From: Lachnospiraceae bacterium | GTDB lineage: Bacteria; Bacillota; Clostridia; Lachnospirales; Lachnospiraceae | Reading direction: 5' to 3' | DNA length: 64,000 nucleotides | Assembly (NCBI GenBank): GCA_045598365.1 | Contig: JAZLLV010000056.1 | Span: 9,498-73,497 of the forward strand | Part shown: positions 17,577 to 26,987 of the stretch, piece by piece | How the letters are laid out: each line of letters opens with the position of its first letter | Numbering within the stretch: the stretch's first letter is position 1 | Program-made: the position numbers and the translations under genes | The notes under the pieces: generated by a model | The model's database searches: none | Told to the model about the DNA's origin: nothing | Seen by the model: only the letters and a program-made list of their open reading frames with translations

Positions 17577-18635
17577 ATGCATATGGCAGATGCTTTATTG
17601 GCGCCTGCAATGGCAGCCACGATGTATGTGGCATCAACAACAACAGCAGGATTTTCAATCCACAGTTTAAGAAAGGATGAGAATACTGCAAAACTTCCCA
17701 CAATGGCGGTTGCATCAGCGCTTGTTTTTGCGGGACAGATGATTAACTATACCATACCGGGAACCGGTTCATCGGGTCACCTTTGCGGAGGCTTTATGCT
17801 TTCAGCTCTTTTGGGACCTCAGGCAGGTTTTCTTTCAATGGTTGTTATTCTTGCAATCCAGTGTCTTTTCTTTGCAGACGGAGGCTTAATGGCCCTTGGA
17901 GCAAACTGTTGGAATATGGCATTTTACGGGTGCTTTGTGGGCTATTACCTGATTTGGAAACCGATTGTTCAGGGAAAGCTTTTCTCAAAAATGGAAAATG
18001 CAAAGGCAATGAGAATCAAGATTGTACTTGCTTCTATCATTGGATGCGTATTGACACTTCAGTTAGGTGCTTTTTCAGTTGTTCTTGAAACAACCTTCTC
18101 CGGTATCACAGAACTTCCCTTCGGTGCTTTTGTGGCTCTTATGCAGCCCATTCACCTTGCAATCGGTCTTGTTGAAGGCTTAGTTACCGCAGCAGTTCTT
18201 ATCTTTGTATATGAATCCAGACCGGAACTTCTTCAGGGAACCGTAAAAACCGAAGAAGAGAAGAAGGCACGTCTTTCCTTAAAAGTAACCATGGTTGTGA
18301 TTGCGGTTGTTGCTCTCCTTGTGGGTGGTGTTTTCTCACACTTTGCAAGTTCAAATCCGGACGGTCTTGAATGGTCACTGTTTGGCAACGAAGAAGAAGG
18401 TTACAATGCCAATATGGCACTTGATGAGGAAGATTACGGTATTTCAAGTGCTGTTGCCGATACGGCTGCTTTAATTCAGGAGAAAACAGCATTCTTACCT
18501 GACTATGCTTTCGCAGAAAGCGAAAGCCCTCTCGGAACCACCGTATCCGGTGTTGCAGGCTCGGTAATGGTTGCGGCTCTGGCTGCAGTTATCTGCTTTG
18601 TGGGTGGATTCTTCAGAAAGAAGAAAAAAATATAA
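17577..18635 (+). CDS. cbiM: ECF Ni/Co transporter substrate component, CbiM/NikM fused to a PDGLE (NikN-like) domain
   Basis: Metal-binding N-terminus MHMADALL, GTGSSGHLCGG, QCLFFADGGL, SSNPDGLEWS. Confidence 0.88.
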   Translation: MHMADALLAPAMAATMYVASTTTAGFSIHSLRKDENTAKLPTMAVASALVFAGQMINYTIPGTGSSGHLCGGFMLSALLGPQAGFLSMVVILAIQCLFFADGGLMALGANCWNMAFYGCFVGYYLIWKPIVQGKLFSKMENAKAMRIKIVLASIIGCVLTLQLGAFSVVLETTFSGITELPFGAFVALMQPIHLAIGLVEGLVTAAVLIFVYESRPELLQGTVKTEEEKKARLSLKVTMVVIAVVALLVGGVFSHFASSNPDGLEWSLFGNEEEGYNANMALDEEDYGISSAVADTAALIQEKTAFLPDYAFAESESPLGTTVSGVAGSVMVAALAAVICFVGGFFRKKKKI

Positions 18636-18642
18636 TTTTTTG

Positions 18643-18669
18643 TCGGAGCGGCAGCATATGCCGCTCCGA
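18643..18669 (+). other. Strong intergenic hairpin between cbiM and cbiQ
   Basis: Perfect 11-bp stem TCGGAGCGGCA / TGCCGCTCCGA, 5-nt loop, only a weak T tail. Confidence 0.7.
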
Positions 18670-18682
18670 TTATTAGGAATAT

Positions 18683-19495
18683 ATGTCGGATATTAATAAT
18701 TCTGCCATGGAAATTCGCCGAATGGACGAATATGCGTTGATGGATTCGCCCATTCACAGACTTAATTCCCTGGCAAAACTTTTAGTGACAATTGCATATA
18801 TTTTCATTGTGGCTTCTTTTGACAAATACGATTTTTCGGGGTTGTTTGCAATGATTCTCTATCCGGTTACTATGTTTACTGTGGCCGGATTTTCTTTCAG
18901 GACCTGCTTTGTAAAGTTTAAGTATGTGTTACCGCTTGTGCTTATGGTTGGCATATTTAATCCTTTTCTTGACAGAGAGCCGGCGTTTGCTGTGGGAACC
19001 TTTGTCATTACAGGCGGGATGATTTCCATGGTCACTCTTATGCTGAAAGGTATCCTTTGTGTCATGGCTTCATTCATATTTGCGGCTACCACACCGGTGG
19101 ATTCAATCTGCAAAGCACTGAGAAAGCTGCATGTACCGGGCATTTTCGTGAACCTGTTTCTTCTTACCTGCAGATACATCTATGTTCTGGTGGATGAGGT
19201 TTCGGTGATGACCACAGCCTACAAACTCAGAGCACCGGGGCAAAAGGGCATAAGATTTGATGCCTGGGGGTCTTTTTTGGGACAGCTTCTTTTAAGAAGC
19301 ATGGACAGAGCTGAGGAATTGTATTCCTCCATGTGCCTGAGAGGATTTACCGGAGAATATGAGTATGCTGACTCCGGAAAGATGAAACTTAAGGACTGGA
19401 TTTTCCTGATAGTGGTGATTTCTTTATCAGTGTATTTAAGACGATATAATATTTTTGCTGCCCTTGGCAGTCTCGGAGTGCAAAGACGGATATGA
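18683..19495 (+). CDS. cbiQ: ECF transporter T component CbiQ/NikQ
   Basis: SPIHRL...AKLL, RYIYVLVDE, LLLRSMDRAEELYSSMCLRGF. Confidence 0.88.
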   Translation: MSDINNSAMEIRRMDEYALMDSPIHRLNSLAKLLVTIAYIFIVASFDKYDFSGLFAMILYPVTMFTVAGFSFRTCFVKFKYVLPLVLMVGIFNPFLDREPAFAVGTFVITGGMISMVTLMLKGILCVMASFIFAATTPVDSICKALRKLHVPGIFVNLFLLTCRYIYVLVDEVSVMTTAYKLRAPGQKGIRFDAWGSFLGQLLLRSMDRAEELYSSMCLRGFTGEYEYADSGKMKLKDWIFLIVVISLSVYLRRYNIFAALGSLGVQRRI

Positions 19496-20223
19496 TAGAT
19501 TTTGTTGATGTTTCTTTTGAATATGAACCCGGAAAAAAGGCTCTGAACAACATTTCCGTAAAAATAGAAAAAGGCGAAAAGGTGGGGCTCATCGGTGCAA
19601 ACGGAGCCGGAAAATCCACATTTTTCAAGGCTCTTCTGGGGCTTGTCAATTACAAGGGAATCGTTCTTGTGGGTGATGTACCTGTGTCAAAAGAAAACCT
19701 TAAGGAAATTCGCAAAAAAGTGGGATACGTTCTTCAAAATTCCGATAATCAGATGTTCATGCCCACGGTTTTTGAGGACATTGTTTTTGCTCCGCTAAAC
19801 TACGGACTTGGGAAGAAGGAAGCAGAAGAAAGAGCAGATAACATTTTGAAAAAACTTGGAATAGAGGACTTAAAACATCGTCACAATCATAAGTTGTCCG
19901 GAGGTGAAAAACGTATGGCTGCCATAGCCACGGTTCTGGCAATGAACCCGGAGGTAATACTTATGGATGAGCCTTCTTCTGCACTTGATCCCTATAACAG
20001 AAGACAGGTTATTAATGTCATTAGGTCCCTTGATAACACCTGTATAATAGCTTCACACGATCTTGATATGATACTTGATACCTGCGATAAAGTAATTCTT
20101 TTGAACAAGGGCGGTGTTGTTGTAACGGGAACCTGTGAAGAGGTGCTTAAGGATGCGGATCTTTTAGAGAAAAACAGGCTGGAGCTGCCACTCTCCTACA
20201 GGGCATTTGGTAAATATTATTGA
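19492..20223 (+). CDS. cbiO: ECF transporter ATPase CbiO/NikO
   Basis: Walker A GANGAGKS, Q-loop, LSGGEKR, DEPSSALD, SHD. Confidence 0.88.
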   Translation: MIDFVDVSFEYEPGKKALNNISVKIEKGEKVGLIGANGAGKSTFFKALLGLVNYKGIVLVGDVPVSKENLKEIRKKVGYVLQNSDNQMFMPTVFEDIVFAPLNYGLGKKEAEERADNILKKLGIEDLKHRHNHKLSGGEKRMAAIATVLAMNPEVILMDEPSSALDPYNRRQVINVIRSLDNTCIIASHDLDMILDTCDKVILLNKGGVVVTGTCEEVLKDADLLEKNRLELPLSYRAFGKYY

Positions 20224-20241
20224 TGAATTTATACTTGCGAC

Positions 20242-20269
20242 TAAAGTTTTTTGGAAGAATGTCCGATAT
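20242..20269 (+). promoter_or_regulatory. Candidate sigma28 (SigD/FliA) promoter upstream of mreB-flgF-flgG
   Basis: TAAAGTTT...TCCGATAT versus consensus TAAA-N15/16-GCCGATAT; 16 nt between TAAA and the -10. Confidence 0.55.
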
Positions 20270-20389
20270 TTTTAAAAACATTCTTAAAAAGTTTTTTTTC
20301 CCTTTTATTTGGACAGTCGATAATGTATAATTCTTTCTGTATAAGGACGAAATTTTTCCATTGGATTTTAAAATAGAAAGGGATTAAAA

Positions 20390-21385
20390 ATGCAGTACAC
20401 AGATATCGGTATCGACTTGGGAACAGCTTCTGTTCTTGTTTATATACGAGGAAAGGGCGTTGTATTAAAGGAGCCCTCAGTAGTAGCTTTCGACAGAGAC
20501 ACAAATAAGATAAAGGCAATTGGCGAGGATGCCAGATTGATGCTTGGTAGGACACCCGGAAACATTGTAGCGGTAAGACCGTTACGTCAGGGTGTTATTT
20601 CTGACTATACAGTTACAGAGAAGATGATGAAATACTTCATCCAGAAGGCTCTCGGAAGAAGAACATATCGTAAGCCCCGTATTGCGGTTTGCGTACCTTC
20701 AGGTGTAACCGAAGTTGAGAAAAAGGCCGTTGAGGATGCTACATACCAGGCAGGTGCAAGAGAGGTTTCCATTATCGAGGAGCCTATTGCAGCAGCAATC
20801 GGCGCGGGAATTGATATTGCAAAGCCCTGTGGCAACATGATTGTTGATATCGGTGGCGGTACCACAGATATAGCAGTTATTTCTCTTGGCGGCACGGTTG
20901 AAAGTGCTTCCATAAAAGTTGCAGGCGATGACTTTGACGAAGCAATCGTAAGATATATGCGTAAGAAGCATAACCTTCTTATCGGTGAGAGAACTGCCGA
21001 AGATATTAAGATTAAGATTGGTTGTGCATTCAAGACCGGTGATGTTAAGTACCTTGACGTTCGCGGACGTAACCTTGTAACAGGTCTTCCCATTACCGTT
21101 AACATTTCTTCCGAAGAGACCCGTGAGGCTCTGGAAGACACAACAGCAAAGATTGTAGATGCTATTCACTCTGTTCTTGAGAAGACCCCTCCGGAACTTG
21201 CATCCGACATCGGTGAAAGAGGTATTGTACTTACCGGTGGCGGCAGCCTTTTAAGGGGACTTGAAGAACTTATTTCCGACAGAATGGGAATCAACACCAT
21301 GACAGCCGAGGATCCTATGACAGCAGTTGCCATCGGAACCGGTAAGTATGTTGAATTCCTGGCAGGATACAGAGAAGATATTTAG
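20390..21385 (+). CDS. mreB: MreB/Mbl-family actin homolog
   Basis: IGIDLGT, EPSVVA, RPLRQGVI, EEPIAAAIGAG, VDIGGGTTD, AGDDFD, LTGGG. Same arrangement as Bacillus mbl-flhO-flhP. Confidence 0.93.
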   Translation: MQYTDIGIDLGTASVLVYIRGKGVVLKEPSVVAFDRDTNKIKAIGEDARLMLGRTPGNIVAVRPLRQGVISDYTVTEKMMKYFIQKALGRRTYRKPRIAVCVPSGVTEVEKKAVEDATYQAGAREVSIIEEPIAAAIGAGIDIAKPCGNMIVDIGGGTTDIAVISLGGTVESASIKVAGDDFDEAIVRYMRKKHNLLIGERTAEDIKIKIGCAFKTGDVKYLDVRGRNLVTGLPITVNISSEETREALEDTTAKIVDAIHSVLEKTPPELASDIGERGIVLTGGGSLLRGLEELISDRMGINTMTAEDPMTAVAIGTGKYVEFLAGYREDI

Positions 21386-21403
21386 TCCTATGGAGGAGCG
21401 GGC

Positions 21404-22177
21404 ATGGTTAAAGGTTTATACACAGCTTATACAGGTATGGTAAACGAGCAGCACCGAATGGATGTGTTGACCAATAATCTTGCCAACTCTACAACCGTAG
21501 GTTTCAAGAAGGAAGGAACCACGAGTCAGTCCTTTGACTCGGTTCTGGCATACAAGCTTAAGGATGCTTCTCAGGGGGCAAATATTCCCAGAAGAATGGG
21601 TATCAATACTCCCGGAGTTAAAATCGGAGAAAATTACACCGATTATTCCCAGGGTTCCTTCAAAATAACGGATAATACCTATGATCTGGCATTGTCCGGC
21701 AACGGATTCTTTAACATCGAATTTACCAATAAAGCGGGAGAGACTTCCACGAAGTATACAAGAGACGGCTCATTCACTCTCACGCAGGAAGGGTATCTTG
21801 TTACCAAGGACGGTAACTATGTAATGGGTATTGAAGGCAGGATAAGACTTAACCCTCTTTTAGACTCTTCAATTGATTCTCAGGGAAGAATATTTCAGAA
21901 TGGAGCTGTTGTGGCTACAATAAGGCTCACAGATTTTTCTGATTATAATTACTTAAAAAAATATGGCGAAAATCTCTTAGAACCGGTAGAAGGAGCTACG
22001 GTGCAGGATGCTGACTGTGATATTCACTCAGGATATCTGGAGATGTCAAATGTTTCAATTGTTAGTGAGATGGTGGATCTGATCTCAATAACAAGACAGT
22101 ATGAGGCTAATCAGAAAGTGATTAAGTCCTACGATCAGACGCTTGATATTGCAGCTAACCAGCTTGGTAGAGTGTAA
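21404..22177 (+). CDS. flgF: Flagellar hook-basal body rod protein (FlgF/FlhO type)
   Basis: NNLAN...GFK, DLALSGNGFF, YTRDGSF, GYLEMSNV, YEANQKVI. Confidence 0.8.
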   Translation: MVKGLYTAYTGMVNEQHRMDVLTNNLANSTTVGFKKEGTTSQSFDSVLAYKLKDASQGANIPRRMGINTPGVKIGENYTDYSQGSFKITDNTYDLALSGNGFFNIEFTNKAGETSTKYTRDGSFTLTQEGYLVTKDGNYVMGIEGRIRLNPLLDSSIDSQGRIFQNGAVVATIRLTDFSDYNYLKKYGENLLEPVEGATVQDADCDIHSGYLEMSNVSIVSEMVDLISITRQYEANQKVIKSYDQTLDIAANQLGRV

Positions 22178-22206
22178 CAAAGCCCTTTAGGTAAAGGAGG
22201 ATTTAA

Positions 22207-23022
22207 GTGGTAAGAAGTTTATGGACAGCTTCAACAGGTATGCGGGCTCAGCAGACCAATGTTGATACAATTGCTAATAACCTTGCAAATGTTAATACAA
22301 TGGGTTACAAAACAGAGGTTAACGAGTTTAAGTCTCTTTTGTACCAAACTTTACAGACAAAGACAACCACAGCCGACGGCAACAGAAAGCCCATAGGCGC
22401 TCAGGTGGGACTTGGTGTCAGAAATGCATCCATTACGTCGATTTTTACTGATGGTGCTTTGCTTGCCAGCGCCAGTGATTCTTCTTTTGCTCTTTCCGGA
22501 AGAGGTTTCTTCTCGGTAAGAGGAGAGGATGGTACCCGCTATTATACCAGAAACGGCAGCTTTAACTGGGCTATTAACGATCAGGGTGGGGTTATGCTTA
22601 CAAACAGTGACGGCCTTCCCGTTCTTGATTCCAATGGAAATGCAATTTCCTTTGGACCTGAATATATTGCAAGCCAGATTACCGTAACAGGAGATGGTCA
22701 GTTCTGCTATCCCGACGCGAATAATAATCCCCAGCCCCTGGGAATCACCTTTGGTATCTTCCAGTTTAATAATCCTGCGGGCCTTGAGAAGCGCGATTCA
22801 GGCTTGTTTGAGGAGTCAGTTGCCAGTGGTGCAGCTATTAACGAAGAAACAACTCCGGGAGTAAGCAGGAGTAAAGTCAGCCAGGGATATTTGGAAGGCT
22901 CCAATGTTCAGGTTGTTGATGAAATGGTAAATCTTATTACAGCACAGAGAGCTTACGAGCTTAACTCCAAAGCCATAACCGCTTCGGACGAAATGCTCCA
23001 GCAAGCCAATAACTTGCGCTAA
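22207..23022 (+). CDS. flgG: Flagellar distal rod protein FlgG (FlhP)
   Basis: GTG start; IANNLANVNT.GYK, YYTRNGSF, QGYLEGSNVQVVDEMVNLITAQRAYELNSK. Confidence 0.9.
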   Translation: MVRSLWTASTGMRAQQTNVDTIANNLANVNTMGYKTEVNEFKSLLYQTLQTKTTTADGNRKPIGAQVGLGVRNASITSIFTDGALLASASDSSFALSGRGFFSVRGEDGTRYYTRNGSFNWAINDQGGVMLTNSDGLPVLDSNGNAISFGPEYIASQITVTGDGQFCYPDANNNPQPLGITFGIFQFNNPAGLEKRDSGLFEESVASGAAINEETTPGVSRSKVSQGYLEGSNVQVVDEMVNLITAQRAYELNSKAITASDEMLQQANNLR

Positions 23023-23035
23023 CAATGAGCAGTGC

Positions 23036-23099
23036 AAATCTGTGAATAGGCAATAGCACTTGAGCTTGCTCTAAAGTGCTATTGCCTATTCACAGATTT
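23036..23099. repeat. Long perfect inverted repeat (26-bp arms)
   Basis: AAATCTGTGAATAGGCAATAGCACTT (23036-23061) and its exact reverse complement (23074-23099). The 12-nt loop itself contains GAGC-TT-GCTC. Confidence 0.95.
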
Positions 23100-23124
23100 A
23101 TAGCGCGAATGCGCGACATGAGTA

Positions 23125-23206
23125 TTTCGAAGAAATACGAATGGCACTGCGAAGTAAAGAGAGAGGTGCAATACGGGTTTCGAAGAAATACGAATTGCAC
23201 TGCGAA
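23125..23206. repeat. Two 29-nt direct repeats (28/29 identical) separated by 24 nt
   Basis: TTTCGAAGAAATACGAAT(G/T)GCACTGCGAA at 23125-23153 and 23178-23206. Confidence 0.9.
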
Positions 23207-23220
23207 ATGAGGAGGAAGTC

Positions 23221-23577
23221 ATGGAATTTGATGCTAAATCAATCTCGGCAGCATATAACAACTACTTAAGCGATGCCGCAAAAACGGCTTCTTCAAGTGC
23301 GTCAAAATTAGATACAAAGAAGGACTATTCCAAGGCCAGTGATGAGGAACTTATGGATGTATGTAAGCAGTTTGAGGCTTACTTTTTGGAACAGTGCTTT
23401 AAGGAAATGTATAAAACCGTGGGCACTGAGGAATTCTCATCCCAGTCCACATCCACACTGGTGGATTATTACAAGGATAATATGCTTCAGAAGATTGCTG
23501 CCGATTCCACCGAGAAGAGCAGCCTTGGTCTTGCTCAACAGCTTTATGAGCAGATGAAGCGTAATTATAATCTTTAA
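23221..23577 (+). CDS. flgJ: FlgJ-type rod-binding protein (no muramidase domain)
   Basis: ELMDVCKQFEAYFLEQCFKEMYKTV and LGLAQQLYEQM; follows flgG. Confidence 0.75.
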   Translation: MEFDAKSISAAYNNYLSDAAKTASSSASKLDTKKDYSKASDEELMDVCKQFEAYFLEQCFKEMYKTVGTEEFSSQSTSTLVDYYKDNMLQKIAADSTEKSSLGLAQQLYEQMKRNYNL

Positions 23578-23579
23578 TT

Positions 23580-25796
23580 ATGGAAACAATCAAAGGATAT
23601 ATTTCTTCAATTCGTTATCGTAATGCGGATAACGGCTATTCAGTTCTTTCTTTTGTGATTGATAACACTGAAGAAACCGTTGTCGGCAGTTTCTTATCGG
23701 TATCTGAAGGCGAAATGCTGGAGGTAACCGGCGAATGGGTAGTTCACCCGATTTACGACAAGCAGTTCAAGGCAATTTCATATCAGCCCATACAGCCCGA
23801 AGACGAATTATCCGTTCTTCGCTATTTGAGTTCCGGAATTATTAAAGGCATAGGTCCCACTCTTGCCAAAAGAATTGTGGATGAGTTCGGAGAAGATACA
23901 TTCAGAGTATGCGAAGAGGAGCCGGAACTTCTGGAACGTGTAAAAGGCATTACTTTGCGTAAGGCGCAGGAGATTGGTGTTCTGATGCAGGAAAAAAAGG
24001 GCTACAGAGAAGCCATGATTTTCCTCGGCAAATTTGGCATCAGCAATTCTCTGGGTATTAAAATATATACATATTACGGTGACAGAGTATATTCGATTCT
24101 TAACGAAAATCCCTATAGACTTGCGGAAGATATTCAGGGCGTAGGCTTTAAGACCGCAGACGAAATTGCTGCCAAAATAGGCGTAAGAAGTGACAGCAAT
24201 TACAGAATCCAAAGCGGAATTCTGTATACTCTTTTACTTGCCATGGGCCAGGGCCATATGTTTCTTCCGCTGGACATCTTGAGACGGGAAGCATCTAAAA
24301 TTCTGGATGTTGACGAGGAACCGGTTTCAATACAGATTGACAATCTTGCAATGGACAGAAAACTGATTATAAAGGGAGATGAAGTATATTCACCTTCAAA
24401 CTATTATGCAGAACAGTCGGTGGCAGGTCTGCTAAAAACCATTTCCGAGGAGTTTTTTGACGATGGCGAAGATAATGAACTGCTTATGCTTAAGCAGATT
24501 GAGAGAATTGCAAAAAACAGTAATGTGGTTTTGGACCCTCTTCAGACAAATGCCATTGTAAGTGCCGCCCGTAATGGTGTGTCAATAATAACGGGCGGAC
24601 CCGGGACGGGAAAAACCACTACAATTAAAACGCTCATAGGTTATTTTGAGGCAGAGGGAATGGATATTGCTCTTGCGGCTCCCACCGGCAGAGCGGCAAA
24701 AAGAATGACGGAAGCCACCGGCTATGAGGCTAAAACAATTCACAGACTTCTTGAATTAAGCGGTGGGCTTGAGGAAAACAGAAATGATGCGGGATTTGAA
24801 CGAAATGAGGACAATCCCCTGGAAATAGATGTGATCATTGTGGACGAGATGTCCATGGTGGATATCTTTCTCTTCAGAGCGTTGCTGAAGGCTATTCCGG
24901 CCGGAGCAAGGCTTGTTATGGTGGGCGATGCCCACCAGCTTCCGAGCGTAGGCCCCGGCCAGGTGCTGCGAGACCTTTTGGAAAGCGAGTGTTTTCCGGT
25001 GACAAAGCTTGAAACGGTCTTCCGACAGGAAGGCAGTGGAGATATTGTCTTAAATGCCCACAGAATCAACAACGGACAGCCTGTAAAGATTGAAAAGGGC
25101 AGCAGGGACTTTTTCTTCCTTGAAAGAAACGATCCGGCTAAAATAATGGTAAATATGGTGGAACTGATTACTAAAAGTCTCCCTTCTTATGTTGAAGCGG
25201 ATTCTTTTGATATACAGGTACTTACACCCACGAGAAAAGGTAATTTAGGGGTTATTGCTCTTAACAGATATCTGCAGAACGCTCTTAATCCTCAGGCTCC
25301 GGATAAGGCAGAGCATGTATATGGGGAAGAAGTCTTCAGAGTGGGAGACAAGGTTATGCAGGTAAGAAATAATTACCAGGCCGAGTGGAAGGTAATGGGT
25401 AATTTTAATATACCCATAGACGCGGGTGTAGGAGTCTTTAACGGTGATGTGGGAAGAATTATTGAAATTGATGAGTCCGAAAACTGCATTACGGTGGAGT
25501 TTGATGATTTAAGAAGGGTAAATTATCCATTCACCAATTTAGATGAGTTGGAGCTTGCTTATGCCATTACCGTTCATAAATCCCAGGGTAGTGAATATGG
25601 TGCGGTTATTATGCCTATTGTTTCGGGACCAAGGCAACTTTTGAACAGAAATCTTCTTTATACAGGAGTTACAAGAGCCAAAAAGTGCCTCGTAATGCTG
25701 GGAAATAACTCAATACTCGGAGAAATGATAGAAAATAATCAGGAAAACTTAAGATATTCAGGCTTAAAAAAGCGTATATTGGAAATTGGATTTTGA
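23580..25796 (+). CDS. recD2: RecD2 (RecD/TraA family) SF1B helicase
   Basis: GIIKGIGP, NPYRLAEDIQGVGFKTAD, GGPGTGKT, APTGRAAKR, TIHRLL, VDEMSM, GDAHQLPSVGPG, TVHKSQGSEY. Confidence 0.95.
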   Translation: METIKGYISSIRYRNADNGYSVLSFVIDNTEETVVGSFLSVSEGEMLEVTGEWVVHPIYDKQFKAISYQPIQPEDELSVLRYLSSGIIKGIGPTLAKRIVDEFGEDTFRVCEEEPELLERVKGITLRKAQEIGVLMQEKKGYREAMIFLGKFGISNSLGIKIYTYYGDRVYSILNENPYRLAEDIQGVGFKTADEIAAKIGVRSDSNYRIQSGILYTLLLAMGQGHMFLPLDILRREASKILDVDEEPVSIQIDNLAMDRKLIIKGDEVYSPSNYYAEQSVAGLLKTISEEFFDDGEDNELLMLKQIERIAKNSNVVLDPLQTNAIVSAARNGVSIITGGPGTGKTTTIKTLIGYFEAEGMDIALAAPTGRAAKRMTEATGYEAKTIHRLLELSGGLEENRNDAGFERNEDNPLEIDVIIVDEMSMVDIFLFRALLKAIPAGARLVMVGDAHQLPSVGPGQVLRDLLESECFPVTKLETVFRQEGSGDIVLNAHRINNGQPVKIEKGSRDFFFLERNDPAKIMVNMVELITKSLPSYVEADSFDIQVLTPTRKGNLGVIALNRYLQNALNPQAPDKAEHVYGEEVFRVGDKVMQVRNNYQAEWKVMGNFNIPIDAGVGVFNGDVGRIIEIDESENCITVEFDDLRRVNYPFTNLDELELAYAITVHKSQGSEYGAVIMPIVSGPRQLLNRNLLYTGVTRAKKCLVMLGNNSILGEMIENNQENLRYSGLKKRILEIGF

Positions 25797-25821
25797 AATC
25801 CGCCGAGAGATAAATATATGA

Positions 25822-26514
25822 ATGGATTTGTACAAAATTCTGTATCCGGACCGATGCCCGGTATGTGACAGGGCACGTCCGATCTTTGGAACGGGAGTCT
25901 GTCCCGAATGCATAAAAGAATTAAAAAATATTCCACTTCCGGTTTGTGAAGTTTGCGGAAGACCTGTTGAAAAGAACGAATTCAGATGCAGGGAGTGTAA
26001 AAGCGCAAGATATTCTTTTGACGGTGGCAGAAGCGTTTTTGCTTATAGTTCATTAAATGAAAGCATATACCGGTTTAAGTACATGAAAAGACCTGCCTAT
26101 GCAAAGCCCTATGCGGAGCTTATGTACAGGGAAATAAAGGGTTGGCTGGAATGGCTCAATCCTGACATCTTCATTCCTGTCCCACTGCATAAAAAACGGT
26201 TAATAGCCAGGGGTTATAATCAGGCAAAAGAGTTGGCAGAGGAACTTTCGAAACTCACCGGTATTCCTGTTGAGAGTTCAGTGCTTGAACGTGCAAAGAA
26301 CACTCTTCCTCAGAAACTAACGGACCGTAGGGGCCGGCAAATAAATATGAAAAAGGCTTTTATTGTAAGGAAAAATGTTGTAAAATTTAGGCGAATAGTC
26401 CTGATTGACGACATTTTTACAACCGGAAGTACAATTGATTCGGCGGCGTTTGCCTTAAAAGCTTCCGGCGTTTCTGAAGTATATTTTCTGACTCTTTCAA
26501 GAGCAGGTGTTTAA
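25822..26514 (+). CDS. comF: ComF family protein (zinc ribbon plus phosphoribosyltransferase domain)
   Basis: CxxC pairs, PVPLH...RGYNQA, LIDDIFTTGST. Confidence 0.85.
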   Translation: MDLYKILYPDRCPVCDRARPIFGTGVCPECIKELKNIPLPVCEVCGRPVEKNEFRCRECKSARYSFDGGRSVFAYSSLNESIYRFKYMKRPAYAKPYAELMYREIKGWLEWLNPDIFIPVPLHKKRLIARGYNQAKELAEELSKLTGIPVESSVLERAKNTLPQKLTDRRGRQINMKKAFIVRKNVVKFRRIVLIDDIFTTGSTIDSAAFALKASGVSEVYFLTLSRAGV

Positions 26515-26545
26515 TCATCTGTATGAACATGATAGGAGATTTGCT

Positions 26546-26953
26546 ATGAACGTACGTAATTGTAGAAAATGTGGAAAAATTTTTAACTATGCCATGGGTC
26601 CCATTATGTGTCCTCAGTGCAGAGAGGGACTTGAACAGAAGTTTAAAGAGGTTAAGACATATGTACAGAATCATCCCGGTTGCGGAATAAGAGAGGTTTC
26701 ACAGGAATGTGATGTCGATACTTCCCAGATTCAGCAGTGGCTTCGTGAAGAGAGACTGCAGTTTTCCGATGATTCCGCAGTTCAGCTTATTTGTGAAGCA
26801 TGTGGCACCTCAATCCGTTCAGGAAGATTTTGTGACAAATGTAAGAATGCAGTGTTAAACGGATTTAACCGTACACTTCAGGCAGCCGCTCCTCAGGCTC
26901 CCGTGCAGAAGCCGGATACCAAGGAGTCACCCCGTATGAGATTTATTAACTGA
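26546..26953 (+). CDS. Flagellar-operon zinc-finger protein, YvyF family
   Basis: NCRKCGKIFNY, CPQC, WLREERL, CEACG..I.SGRFCDKC. Follows comF as in Bacillus comF-yvyF; GGAGA SD before ATG 26546. Confidence 0.75.
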   Translation: MNVRNCRKCGKIFNYAMGPIMCPQCREGLEQKFKEVKTYVQNHPGCGIREVSQECDVDTSQIQQWLREERLQFSDDSAVQLICEACGTSIRSGRFCDKCKNAVLNGFNRTLQAAAPQAPVQKPDTKESPRMRFIN

Positions 26954-26987
26954 TAAGGGGAATAAACAGACAGATATAAGGTGAGTT

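Noticed and set aside
23125-23206. Mini CRISPR array (29-nt repeats, 24-nt spacer)
   Set aside because: Only two repeats, a short spacer that base-pairs with the repeat, and no cas genes in the window. Kept as part of a structured element instead.
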